Virus record (IMG/VR): IMGVR_UViG_3300008255_001900
Location: 1 to 33,379 of that record
Origin: a virus
Lineage: Duplodnaviria; Caudoviricetes
DNA length: 33,379 bases
Direction: 5' to 3' (one strand)
Part shown: positions 26,494 through 33,090 of the stretch, piece by piece
Numbering within the stretch: the first letter of the stretch is position 1
How the letters are laid out: each line of letters opens with the position of its first letter
Program-made: the position numbers and the translations under genes
The notes under the pieces: model-generated
What the model was told of the DNA's origin: nothing
What the model saw: the letters and a program-made list of their open reading frames with translations, nothing else
The model's database searches: none

Positions 26494-26727
26494 GTGAAAG
26501 AACACAGCGAGGAAGTGCGACAAATGCTTGACGCCACGGTTTACGGTACTGCTATACTAGGTATTAAACAACTCCTAGACCCACAACAATACGAACAAAT
26601 GCCCCAATGGTTACGAGAACAAGCGTTAGCCCAAGCACAGCAAGCAGGACTAATAGTTGACGGGATAATACAGCTTGATAATATAGCTCTACAGTTAGTG
26701 TTTCCTAGTTTACGAGGGAAAATATGA
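26494..26727 (+). CDS. Hypothetical protein
   Basis: 77 aa, own promoter, ATGA coupling to the next ORF. Confidence 0.6.
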   Translation: MKEHSEEVRQMLDATVYGTAILGIKQLLDPQQYEQMPQWLREQALAQAQQAGLIVDGIIQLDNIALQLVFPSLRGKI

Positions 26728-26963
26728 GAGAATTTGATCCTTTCGCGAACGCGAAACGTAACTACGCCTTAGACCAACCACGCTTGCAGTCTGGCGTTAA
26801 TGGGTTTGAGGACTATGCTATCCCCCCACAAATAGGAATAACACTAGAGAATGGAACGGATGTACAGGTATCTTATGCCCGTGCTGTCGCTTTAGGTCTT
26901 ATTGCCAAAAGTATTATTCCAACGGTTAGCATAGAAAAATATGTTAAGGATAAAACTCGATAA
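26724..26963 (+). CDS. Hypothetical protein
   Basis: 79 aa, coupled ORF. Confidence 0.6.
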   Translation: MREFDPFANAKRNYALDQPRLQSGVNGFEDYAIPPQIGITLENGTDVQVSYARAVALGLIAKSIIPTVSIEKYVKDKTR

Positions 26964-27138
26964 GTTTTGGCGTTCTCGATTGTGCGAATTATGCCATAAA
27001 AAATTCAAGTGTGGGCGCAAGTATTGCATTGAATGTTCCAATAAAGTAAACGCTGACAGAGTTAAAAAGAAACGCATGAAAGCAAAAAAAGTTAAAAGCA
27101 TTTGGATTGACAGAAACCGTCTGTCAATATATAATTAA
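26941..27138 (+). CDS. Small basic Zn-finger-like protein
   Basis: CELC...YCIEC followed by a K/R-rich helix. Confidence 0.6.
   Translation: MLRIKLDKFWRSRLCELCHKKFKCGRKYCIECSNKVNADRVKKKRMKAKKVKSIWIDRNRLSIYN
27107..27135 (+). promoter_or_regulatory. Perfect-consensus sigma70 promoter with overlapping palindrome
   Basis: TTGACA-17 bp-TATAAT, with inverted repeat ATTGACAGA-N5-TCTGTCAAT at 27106-27128. Confidence 0.85.
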
Positions 27139-27141
27139 GTC

Positions 27142-27217
27142 AAAGAGTCGTAAGTGGTATAGGAGGGGTTTGGTGAAAATCAAACTACCATTGATTATAC
27201 TAACTGCGACTTTTTTT
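27142..27217 (+). ncRNA. Candidate ~76-nt rod-shaped small RNA
   Basis: Starts 6 nt after TATAAT, folds as one interrupted hairpin capped by GAAA, ends in T7, no + ORF follows. Confidence 0.6.
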
Positions 27218-27325
27218 CTGTTTCATACGTAATCTCTCTAAGTAATAATTGGGTACTAGCAAGGCCATTCGCATTATATGGTAGTACACAAGCTCTAAAG
27301 TAAATTATTTTCTTATTTTCACAGA

Positions 27326-27358
27326 GAAAAAATAGGCGCACGTGCGAGATATGCGCCT
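27326..27358 (-). terminator. Intrinsic terminator of leftward operon
   Basis: Minus strand AGGCGCAT-N9-GTGCGCCT-ATTTTT. Confidence 0.7.
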
Positions 27359-27415
27359 TAGGTGTAGTAACGTAAGTATACCATTATCTGCTAACATTTT
27401 GGAATAAGATAATCC

Positions 27416-27766
27416 TTATTCCACTTGTTCCATTAAGCTATCCTGATGCCTTTTTTCAAGTTCAATTTCTACGGTATCTCGTACAATCATAAGTACTTCT
27501 GTAGACAAATGTTTTATATATGATACGTGTCGTAAGTGTCTTTGTAACCTATTTACCATAGCGTATAAATCCTTTTTTTCTTCTTTTGTAAGTTTTTTTA
27601 GTACTTTAACAGTTTTATTTAATCCATCAACCCATTCTTTTATATCTTTTTCAGTCGCAAGTGTTTTTGCGACTTCTTTAGCATCACGTACAAACTCTTT
27701 TTTGTTGAAAGGTTTTGTATTTTTCCTACTCTCTTTTATTATTTCCTCAACAGATTTATTAGTCAT
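27416..27766 (-). CDS. Hypothetical protein
   Basis: 116 aa, charged helical. Confidence 0.7.
   Translation of the reverse strand: MTNKSVEEIIKESRKNTKPFNKKEFVRDAKEVAKTLATEKDIKEWVDGLNKTVKVLKKLTKEEKKDLYAMVNRLQRHLRHVSYIKHLSTEVLMIVRDTVEIELEKRHQDSLMEQVE
27705..27736. repeat. 32-bp repeat copy 1 (31/32 identical to 28887-28918)
   Basis: TTGAAAGGTTTTGTRTTTTTCCTACTCTCTTT. Confidence 0.9.
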
Positions 27767-27769
27767 TTT

Positions 27770-27821
27770 GGGTTACAACTTTTAACGAGATTTCCAAAAC
27801 TGCCACCAAGGAATTTTCTTT
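27770..27821. repeat. 52-bp direct repeat copy 1
   Basis: Identical to 28301-28352. Confidence 0.95.
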
Positions 27822-28036
27822 GTCCAAAATCCAATATAATCTCCTTGACATTTACGACAAGGCATAAATATCCAATGAGGATTCATAAGATAGATTGCAC
27901 TTTTCCTATTACATATCCAACACATTAGATTATGATCTGCAACTCCTGGTAAATGTCTTGACTCAATTGTAATGTAAACCTTGTTTCTTCTTATAAAGTC
28001 AAGATTTTCGCCAATGGTTTTTTCTTTTGTTCTCAT
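27782..28036 (-). CDS. Hypothetical Zn-ribbon protein
   Basis: CWIC...CRKC, C-terminal KKIPWWQFWK. Confidence 0.7.
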   Translation of the reverse strand: MRTKEKTIGENLDFIRRNKVYITIESRHLPGVADHNLMCWICNRKSAIYLMNPHWIFMPCRKCQGDYIGFWTKKIPWWQFWKSR

Positions 28037-28037
28037 T

Positions 28038-28274
28038 TTATTTCTCCTTAGGAATATCGCTTGAATTTTTCAATAACGCATCGGCATATTCATAAGCCCA
28101 AACAGCATGCAATTCAGCGTCTCCCCTTCCGTCTATATGTCCATTTATTCCCCCATAAGCAAGCATTCCCTGCAAAGCGTGTACAGCAATATAATCCCTC
28201 ATTGACATTCCTAAATTCACTCCTATTCCATCAGGCGAAATTAACGGAAATGCATATTCTTTATTATCTTTCAT
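28038..28274 (-). CDS. Conserved small phage protein
   Basis: AFP...GMSMRDYIA...AYEYADALL motif, common in phage early regions. Confidence 0.8.
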   Translation of the reverse strand: MKDNKEYAFPLISPDGIGVNLGMSMRDYIAVHALQGMLAYGGINGHIDGRGDAELHAVWAYEYADALLKNSSDIPKEK

Positions 28275-28280
28275 TTTTCT

Positions 28281-28391
28281 CTAAACTTTTAATGCGCAAA
28301 GGGTTACAACTTTTAACGAGATTTCCAAAACTGCCACCAAGGAATTTTCTTTATTTTTCTCTTTTTGTATCTTCTTGATACTTTTTGGCAT
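28281..28391 (-). CDS. Possible 36-aa leaderless ORF (not in ORF track)
   Basis: MPKSIKKIQKEKNKENSLVAVLEISLKVVTLCALKV*, ATG 6 nt after a -10 box. Confidence 0.4.
   Translation of the reverse strand: MPKSIKKIQKEKNKENSLVAVLEISLKVVTLCALKV
28301..28352. repeat. 52-bp direct repeat copy 2
   Basis: Identical to 27770-27821. Confidence 0.95.
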
Positions 28392-28397
28392 AGTTAC

Positions 28398-28426
28398 ATA
28401 TTATCACAACCAGTAAGACTTGACAA
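28398..28426 (-). promoter_or_regulatory. Leftward sigma70 promoter
   Basis: Minus strand TTGTCA-17 bp-TAATAT with extended TG. Its -35 overlaps a + strand TTGACA at 28420. Confidence 0.6.
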
Positions 28427-28497
28427 GCGTGTTAAAATGTAATACGTTTTATATAATCATATTACGATTTGGGTTTATAAATAGTGCCCTATAATAG

Positions 28498-28526
28498 TTG
28501 ATTATTTAGCTCTTATTTAGTACAAT
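28498..28526 (+). promoter_or_regulatory. Rightward sigma70 promoter
   Basis: TTGATT-17 bp-TACAAT. Confidence 0.55.
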
Positions 28527-28533
28527 AGATTGT

Positions 28534-28677
28534 AACTGGAACTTGAATGCTTTGACCGAGCGGGCAGGTTCTAGTTTAGCTACTGTCCTCATTTGAGGAC
28601 AGTAGCTATGGCAGAAACACCAAGATAGTTGCAAGAAGGCAAGTAAATTCATATTAAAATTTTTATTTTTTACTTGC
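28534..28677 (+). ncRNA. Candidate structured RNA (tandem hairpins)
   Basis: 12-bp stem 28534-28576 (2 G-U), abutting perfect 15-bp inverted repeat 28577-28608, and 9-bp inverted repeat 28639-28677. Confidence 0.5.
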
Positions 28678-28718
28678 ATAAATTTAGTAAAATACTATTC
28701 TTTAATAGAACAAACAAA

Positions 28719-28937
28719 ATGCAACTTTATAGAACACTACCTGAAAACGGAGAAATAAAAAAAGAGCAAAAGAAGCTAACCGTTAATGTTTACAGTAATG
28801 AACCGCGCATTTTGCGGTACTTGAGGAATCTCAATTTTGTGGATAACGCCTTTTTTAAGAGCAAAATGGACGTCTTTCGTTTCCCCTTGAAAGGTTTTGT
28901 GTTTTTCCTACTCTCTTTCATTGCCTTTTTAATTTGA
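28719..28937 (+). CDS. Hypothetical 72-aa protein with hydrophobic C-terminus (ATG at 28719 preferred)
   Basis: A-rich leader then ATG, only + strand ORF candidate in the leftward region. Confidence 0.45.
   Translation: MQLYRTLPENGEIKKEQKKLTVNVYSNEPRILRYLRNLNFVDNAFFKSKMDVFRFPLKGFVFFLLSFIAFLI
28887..28918. repeat. 32-bp repeat copy 2
   Basis: 31/32 match to 27705-27736. Confidence 0.9.
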
Positions 28938-28974
28938 AAATTAAGCGTGCTTCCTATTGGCTGGTTCATTTTTA

Positions 28975-29277
28975 TTATTTACACTCTCCTTGTGGAACTC
29001 CAAATAATCTCCATTTAATACGAGTCCATAATGTGGGGTAATCTTTTAGCCAAATCTTTGGGGTTTTCAAAAATATTGGTTCTTTTTCGTCTATGAGCGA
29101 TTGTGCCATTATTAGACCATTGGCTAATCCATACATATAAGGGTCGTAGTTCCAGTTTCCATCCAAACATTGGATATCTAAAATATCTTTCAAATCCTCG
29201 CGTATTCGATGGCAAGTATCTTCAACAGCTCGCTTATATATTGGACTATTAGAATAGTCTTTTTCTATTTTCTTCAT
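28975..29277 (-). CDS. Conserved hypothetical phage protein
   Basis: QCLDGNWNYDPYMYGLANGLI motif, 100 aa. Confidence 0.75.
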   Translation of the reverse strand: MKKIEKDYSNSPIYKRAVEDTCHRIREDLKDILDIQCLDGNWNYDPYMYGLANGLIMAQSLIDEKEPIFLKTPKIWLKDYPTLWTRIKWRLFGVPQGECK

Positions 29278-29298
29278 TTTATTAAATAACTTCTAACG

Positions 29299-29370
29299 TG
29301 CAAAGGTGAGGAATCGAACCTCATATACGGTAGTACTCACCGTATAGCGTAGCGCCTGTACGCCCTTTGC
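29299..29370 (-). ncRNA. Non-canonical tRNA-like cloverleaf
   Basis: GCAAAGG/CCTTTGC acceptor stem plus A, GCGTA/TACGC arm, TATACGGT/ACCGTATA arm with GAGTACT loop, TGAGG-TTCGATT-CCTCA T arm. Confidence 0.75.
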
Positions 29371-29420
29371 GATAGCGTAATTAACAAATTTTTAATCTTA
29401 AGATATTCCTCTTTAATGGT

Positions 29421-30749
29421 TTATGCTCTTGCTATTTTTTTACTAAGTATCTTACTGTAAATCATTTCCATATCCTCTTTTGTTAATTCATTTTTCCCTT
29501 TCGTTTCTGTGTTCTCATCTATTTTTTGTATTAAAATATCCCCCTGTATCCCAATGACATTCTCGGGGACAATTTTTTGGGTCTTATTTGAGAATGTCCA
29601 TGCTTGCGCTTCCATTGGATCAGTTATGGCAGGTGGAATTGGTATGAAGTACATACGACCAGTAGACCAATCTCGAGCGTGTAAAAAATGCGCGACTTTT
29701 TCGGGATCAGGTGCTATGTCTACCTCAACTATCTCACCTATACGTCTGTCCGCGTGCTTTCCAACAACTTTTCCACCGACCTCTACAGGAAAACGTGTCC
29801 CCATTCTCTCTTGAATAACACGCTTAACTTCTAGATTTTTTTCGTTCAACCAATCTTCTTTTGTTAAGGTTTCTGGGTGTTTTACTATTTTTTCGTTTAC
29901 TCGTACCCCGCTGATCATGTAGAGACTATATCCATCCGCGTATTCGACAGCAGCTTTATTTTCATTATGTAATCTTTTATTTTTCCAATCTATTCGTTTC
30001 GGGTTTCCTGATATAAAAACGATTCCTCTATAGGGAATCATGAAACTAATGTTGGTAGTAAGATCGAAAAATAATTTGAAAAGTTTATTATCAAATTTAA
30101 ATCCGATATATTTACCGAACATATAAACACCTGTCAACGTTAGCCACCAAATAATTAACCACCAATTATTATTTATATCTTTTAATTGGTCGTCTAATTG
30201 GCCGCCTAATTGGCCGCCTAATTGGTCGTCTAATTGGCCGCCTAATTGGTCACCTAATTGGTCACGTAATTGACCACCTAATTGACCGCCTAATTGGTCG
30301 TATAATTGGTCACCTAATTGACCGCCTAATTGGTCATATAATTGACCACCTAATTGGTCACGTAATTGGTCACCTAATTGACCGCCTAATTGGTCGTATA
30401 ATTGGTCACCTAATTGGTCACCTAATTGGCCACGTAATCGACCGTCTAATTGGCCACGTAATTGGTCTTGTAATTGACCGTCTAATTGGTCGCCTAATTG
30501 GCCGCCTAATTGGTCGCTTTTCAGCAATTTATTTTTGAATAATATCTGATACATAGCGACCATTATTACAGAAGCAATTGGAGATTTGGCGAAAATGACT
30601 ATTGGTTTTTTATGACCAGCAAATTCATAAAAGTTCTGTATAGCTTTAGTAGCTTTATTTTTATTTGTGGGCTCAGTAACAAAATTGAGAACTTTGTCTA
30701 TAAAGACAGGTATTTGTTTTTCTTGCTCTTTGGTAAGTTTTGTAATCAT
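29421..30749 (-). CDS. DUF6745-like phage protein with xxQL tetrapeptide repeats
   Basis: ITKLTKEQ start, RLHNENKAAVEYADG, NLEVKRV, DWSTGRMYF, AQAWTF. Confidence 0.8.
   Translation of the reverse strand: MITKLTKEQEKQIPVFIDKVLNFVTEPTNKNKATKAIQNFYEFAGHKKPIVIFAKSPIASVIMVAMYQILFKNKLLKSDQLGGQLGDQLDGQLQDQLRGQLDGRLRGQLGDQLGDQLYDQLGGQLGDQLRDQLGGQLYDQLGGQLGDQLYDQLGGQLGGQLRDQLGDQLGGQLDDQLGGQLGGQLDDQLKDINNNWWLIIWWLTLTGVYMFGKYIGFKFDNKLFKLFFDLTTNISFMIPYRGIVFISGNPKRIDWKNKRLHNENKAAVEYADGYSLYMISGVRVNEKIVKHPETLTKEDWLNEKNLEVKRVIQERMGTRFPVEVGGKVVGKHADRRIGEIVEVDIAPDPEKVAHFLHARDWSTGRMYFIPIPPAITDPMEAQAWTFSNKTQKIVPENVIGIQGDILIQKIDENTETKGKNELTKEDMEMIYSKILSKKIARA
30183..30518. repeat. 28 x 12-bp coding tandem repeat
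   Basis: TAATTG(G/A)(T/C)CNNN units encoding (G/D/R/Y)(G/D)QL. Confidence 0.95.
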
Positions 30750-30752
30750 TTT

Positions 30753-31004
30753 TTAGTCTACTACTAATTTCGTTTTATCCTCGTTTTCGTATTGTCTCTG
30801 TCTAACAATATCATACGTACCCTTTTCAGGAACAGGGATATAATCATGCTCCTCGTGCTGTATTTCTGTTGGATATGGTACGGTAAATAATACACGATCA
30901 GCATCTTCATACACCTGTCCATCCGCTAATCTATGAGCATGACCTGTTACCTCACCCTCGACCAGTACCTTGTTTCCTTTTTTCTTTGCAGTTTTTGGAA
31001 TCAT
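30753..31004 (-). CDS. His-rich beta protein partnered with DUF6745-like gene (ATG at 31004)
   Basis: EGEVTGHAH, HEEH, RQRQY...VVD motifs. Confidence 0.82.
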   Translation of the reverse strand: MIPKTAKKKGNKVLVEGEVTGHAHRLADGQVYEDADRVLFTVPYPTEIQHEEHDYIPVPEKGTYDIVRQRQYENEDKTKLVVD

Positions 31005-31005
31005 T

Positions 31006-31092
31006 TTATTTGAATAATTTATAATATATAAAAGTAACAATCAAAACCACTCCCATAACTATAAATACGATAGCGGGCAATAAGTATTTCAT
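31006..31092 (-). CDS. 28-aa single-TM peptide (not in ORF track)
   Basis: MKYLLPAIVFIVMGVVLIVTFIYYKLFK*, stop 1 nt before the next ATG. Confidence 0.6.
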   Translation of the reverse strand: MKYLLPAIVFIVMGVVLIVTFIYYKLFK

Positions 31093-31096
31093 ATCA

Positions 31097-31142
31097 ATTT
31101 AGGCAAGGAAACCACCAGGTCTTTAGCCAAGTGGTAGTTTAC
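31097..31142 (+). mobile_element. IS200/IS605 (tnpB-type) right-end remnant
   Basis: GGAAACCAC-CAGG-TCTTTAG-CCAA-GTGGTAGTTTAC resembles IS1341-group right-end hairpins ending TTCAC/TTTAC. Confidence 0.6.
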
Positions 31143-31495
31143 TTTTCTATCTTATCAACTTGTATTTCAACGCTCTCTTTACCTTTTGCTACTTTATCAC
31201 CCTTATAAATATGGATTGCCTCAACGCACTTCATGTTATCATTCTTTATGACGTTTGCGTATCGCAGGCAATCAAGTATCGCTTTTAGCATATTATCTAA
31301 ATCCCTATTTAACTTGCTGTAGTTGACTGTTACAAATATTTCAACTGGCGTATCAAATGGCACTTTCTTTTTCGTAAGTGCTGACGCATACGTAAGCCAC
31401 TGCTTTGCGTCTGCTTTTCTATACACGTATCCCTTTGGGGAATAACCCCAATAGTTGTTCACGCTTGGCGGGAGAACGTCTATTATTATTCTCAT
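31139..31495 (-). CDS. rusA: RusA-family Holliday junction resolvase
   Basis: PPSVNNYW, RDLDNMLKAILDCL...ND. Confidence 0.9.
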   Translation of the reverse strand: MRIIIDVLPPSVNNYWGYSPKGYVYRKADAKQWLTYASALTKKKVPFDTPVEIFVTVNYSKLNRDLDNMLKAILDCLRYANVIKNDNMKCVEAIHIYKGDKVAKGKESVEIQVDKIEK

Positions 31496-32190
31496 TTTAT
31501 TTCTCCTAGTTTTCTAAATCTTTTTTTCATCCATAATTCTATTTTTTTGAATAGTTCTGCCTCTGCCGCCCATATTGCCTCTTCTGCCGACCATGTTGCC
31601 TCTTCTGCCGCCCATATTGCCCTTGTTGCCGACCATGTTGCCTCTTCTGCCTCCCATGTTGTTGCCGCCTCTGCCGCCCATATTGCCGACCATGTTGCCT
31701 CTTCTGCCGCCCATATTGCCTCTTCTGCCGACCATGTTGCCGCCTCTGCCGCCCATGTTGTTGCCGCAATGCGATTTTTCTTTGTAGGATTTTTTAAGTA
31801 TCTAACGGTGGCTTCTATTGCTTCATGTGGTCGCTTATCATTGGGATATTGTTTTTCAAAAATAGGCAGCACCAGCTTTGCCGCATAAATGGCAAGGGCT
31901 ATACTATCCCTTTTTTGCCACTTATATGCTCTTACTATCCGCATTTTTTCATACACTTCCTTGTCGTCCTGAATGATTGAACGACCCTCACACTCAACCT
32001 TTGCCAAAATTTCACCTTGAACAAAGCTAAATGCTTGATAAATTCCTTGTGAGCAATGGAAACCTGCTTGACACATATCAAGACTGCCTCTATGTATATG
32101 CCATTTACCTATTCCCCAAATAATATCACCCCTGTCTGATTTTATTTTGTTATCTTTTAGCCGAAGAAATTTCCACCGTATAATTCTCAT
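31492..32190 (-). CDS. Phage protein with Imm5-like segment and Ala/Trp heptad repeats
   Basis: MCQAGFHCS N-domain, YPNDKRPHEAIEA, AAEEATW repeats. Confidence 0.8.
   Translation of the reverse strand: MRIIRWKFLRLKDNKIKSDRGDIIWGIGKWHIHRGSLDMCQAGFHCSQGIYQAFSFVQGEILAKVECEGRSIIQDDKEVYEKMRIVRAYKWQKRDSIALAIYAAKLVLPIFEKQYPNDKRPHEAIEATVRYLKNPTKKNRIAATTWAAEAATWSAEEAIWAAEEATWSAIWAAEAATTWEAEEATWSATRAIWAAEEATWSAEEAIWAAEAELFKKIELWMKKRFRKLGEIK
31555..31767. repeat. About 10 imperfect 21-bp coding repeats
   Basis: CCAT(A/G)TTGCCTCTTCTGCCG(C/A) units. Confidence 0.9.
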
Positions 32191-32366
32191 TTTATTTCTG
32201 GGACTTCCATGTTCAGTAACTTATACAAAGTAGACTTTGAACCTATTTTATGTCGCCATAAGAGCCTATCTATAGTCATGCCACCGTTATAGTCTGATAT
32301 AACCTTAATAGCCAGCTCTATATCTTCTTCAGGAGTACGCCTTTTTTTTCTAAAGTTAGTTTTCAT
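32187..32366 (-). CDS. 59-aa helix-turn-helix protein (not in ORF track)
   Basis: [51 protein letters not shown]..., ATGA overlap with the next gene. Confidence 0.7.
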   Translation of the reverse strand: MKTNFRKKRRTPEEDIELAIKVISDYNGGMTIDRLLWRHKIGSKSTLYKLLNMEVPEIK

Positions 32367-32386
32367 ATTCCTATATAATCATCAAA

Positions 32387-32647
32387 TTATAGACTCCCAC
32401 CCCGACTCCAACTCCGACTCCGACTCCAACTCCGACTCCAACTCCAACTCTGATTCCCACTCCCACTCCGACCCTGACCCCAAATCAAACTCCGACTCTG
32501 ACTCCCACTCCAACTCCAACTCTGATTCCGACTCCGACTCCAACTCCAACTCTGATTCCGACTCCGACTCCCACTCCGACTCCGACTCCAACTCCTACCC
32601 TGACTCCAACTCTGATTCCAACAGTTACTTAGAAAAATCGAATTCAT
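32387..32647 (-). CDS. Ser-Trp/Ser-Arg low-complexity repeat protein
   Basis: ATGA coupling to the upstream gene, SWSRSRS repeats. Confidence 0.65.
   Translation of the reverse strand: MNSIFLSNCWNQSWSQGRSWSRSRSGSRSRNQSWSWSRSRNQSWSWSGSQSRSLIWGQGRSGSGNQSWSWSRSWSRSRSWSRGGSL
32392..32620. repeat. 6-bp period tandem repeat
   Basis: ACTCC(G/A/C) units. Confidence 0.92.
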
Positions 32648-33009
32648 TTTACTGTTAATAATAACTTACGTTCTGTAGCATCTGTAATTGAAGCCATATT
32701 AACAAAGACTTTCTTATCACCAAATGGCTCTACTTCTAAAGATGACGTTTCTTTTCCCGCTATAAATTCATTAAACCGACCACTATCGGCAATCCACGCG
32801 GCATCCTCAAGTACCAAAAACTCACCTACTATGTCAATCACCCGTCCTGTTAGATGATAGGTAACTGTTCGCATAAAATAGTCCTTTCCTATCTCAAAAG
32901 GTACAGGCTTACCCCCTTTTGTAGCGGAAGGTCGTACTTTACTTAGCTGAACATAAGCCCCTAATCTACCGTATTTGATTCCATCTACTTCTACTATATC
33001 TTTAGTCAT
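32644..33009 (-). CDS. Conserved phage protein (DUF6948-like)
   Basis: [37 protein letters not shown]. Confidence 0.75.
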   Translation of the reverse strand: MTKDIVEVDGIKYGRLGAYVQLSKVRPSATKGGKPVPFEIGKDYFMRTVTYHLTGRVIDIVGEFLVLEDAAWIADSGRFNEFIAGKETSSLEVEPFGDKKVFVNMASITDATERKLLLTVK

Positions 33010-33090
33010 TTTGTTTTTATTAAATTTATAATGATTATTCCTATATTACCATATTACTTATATATTATTCAAGTGCATTTTCATACGAAA

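Noticed and set aside
27253-27287. GTACTA/TAGTAC stem with inner CCAT/ATGG
   Set aside because: Short and bulged, with no promoter link, so it could be chance.
27770-28352. 52-bp repeats as att sites or a mini-CRISPR
   Set aside because: No integrase or tRNA target in the window, and the 479 bp between copies is coding and far longer than a spacer.
29299-29370. Calling it a functional tRNA-Tyr
   Set aside because: It lacks U8, U33, purine 37 and the variable arm, and the anticodon stem is 8 bp. It is reported as tRNA-like instead.
30183-30518. 12-bp repeats as a CRISPR or iteron array
   Set aside because: Contiguous with no spacers, in frame within a gene, and variation follows codon structure.
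31005-31040. N-terminal extension of the 30753-31040 ORF from a TTG start
   Set aside because: ATG at 31004 is better, and the extension overlaps a more plausible membrane peptide ORF.
31514-31888. Four extra ORFs overlapping the 21-bp repeat
   Set aside because: Stop-free frames are a by-product of the repeat. Only 31492-32190 has flanking domains and coupling.
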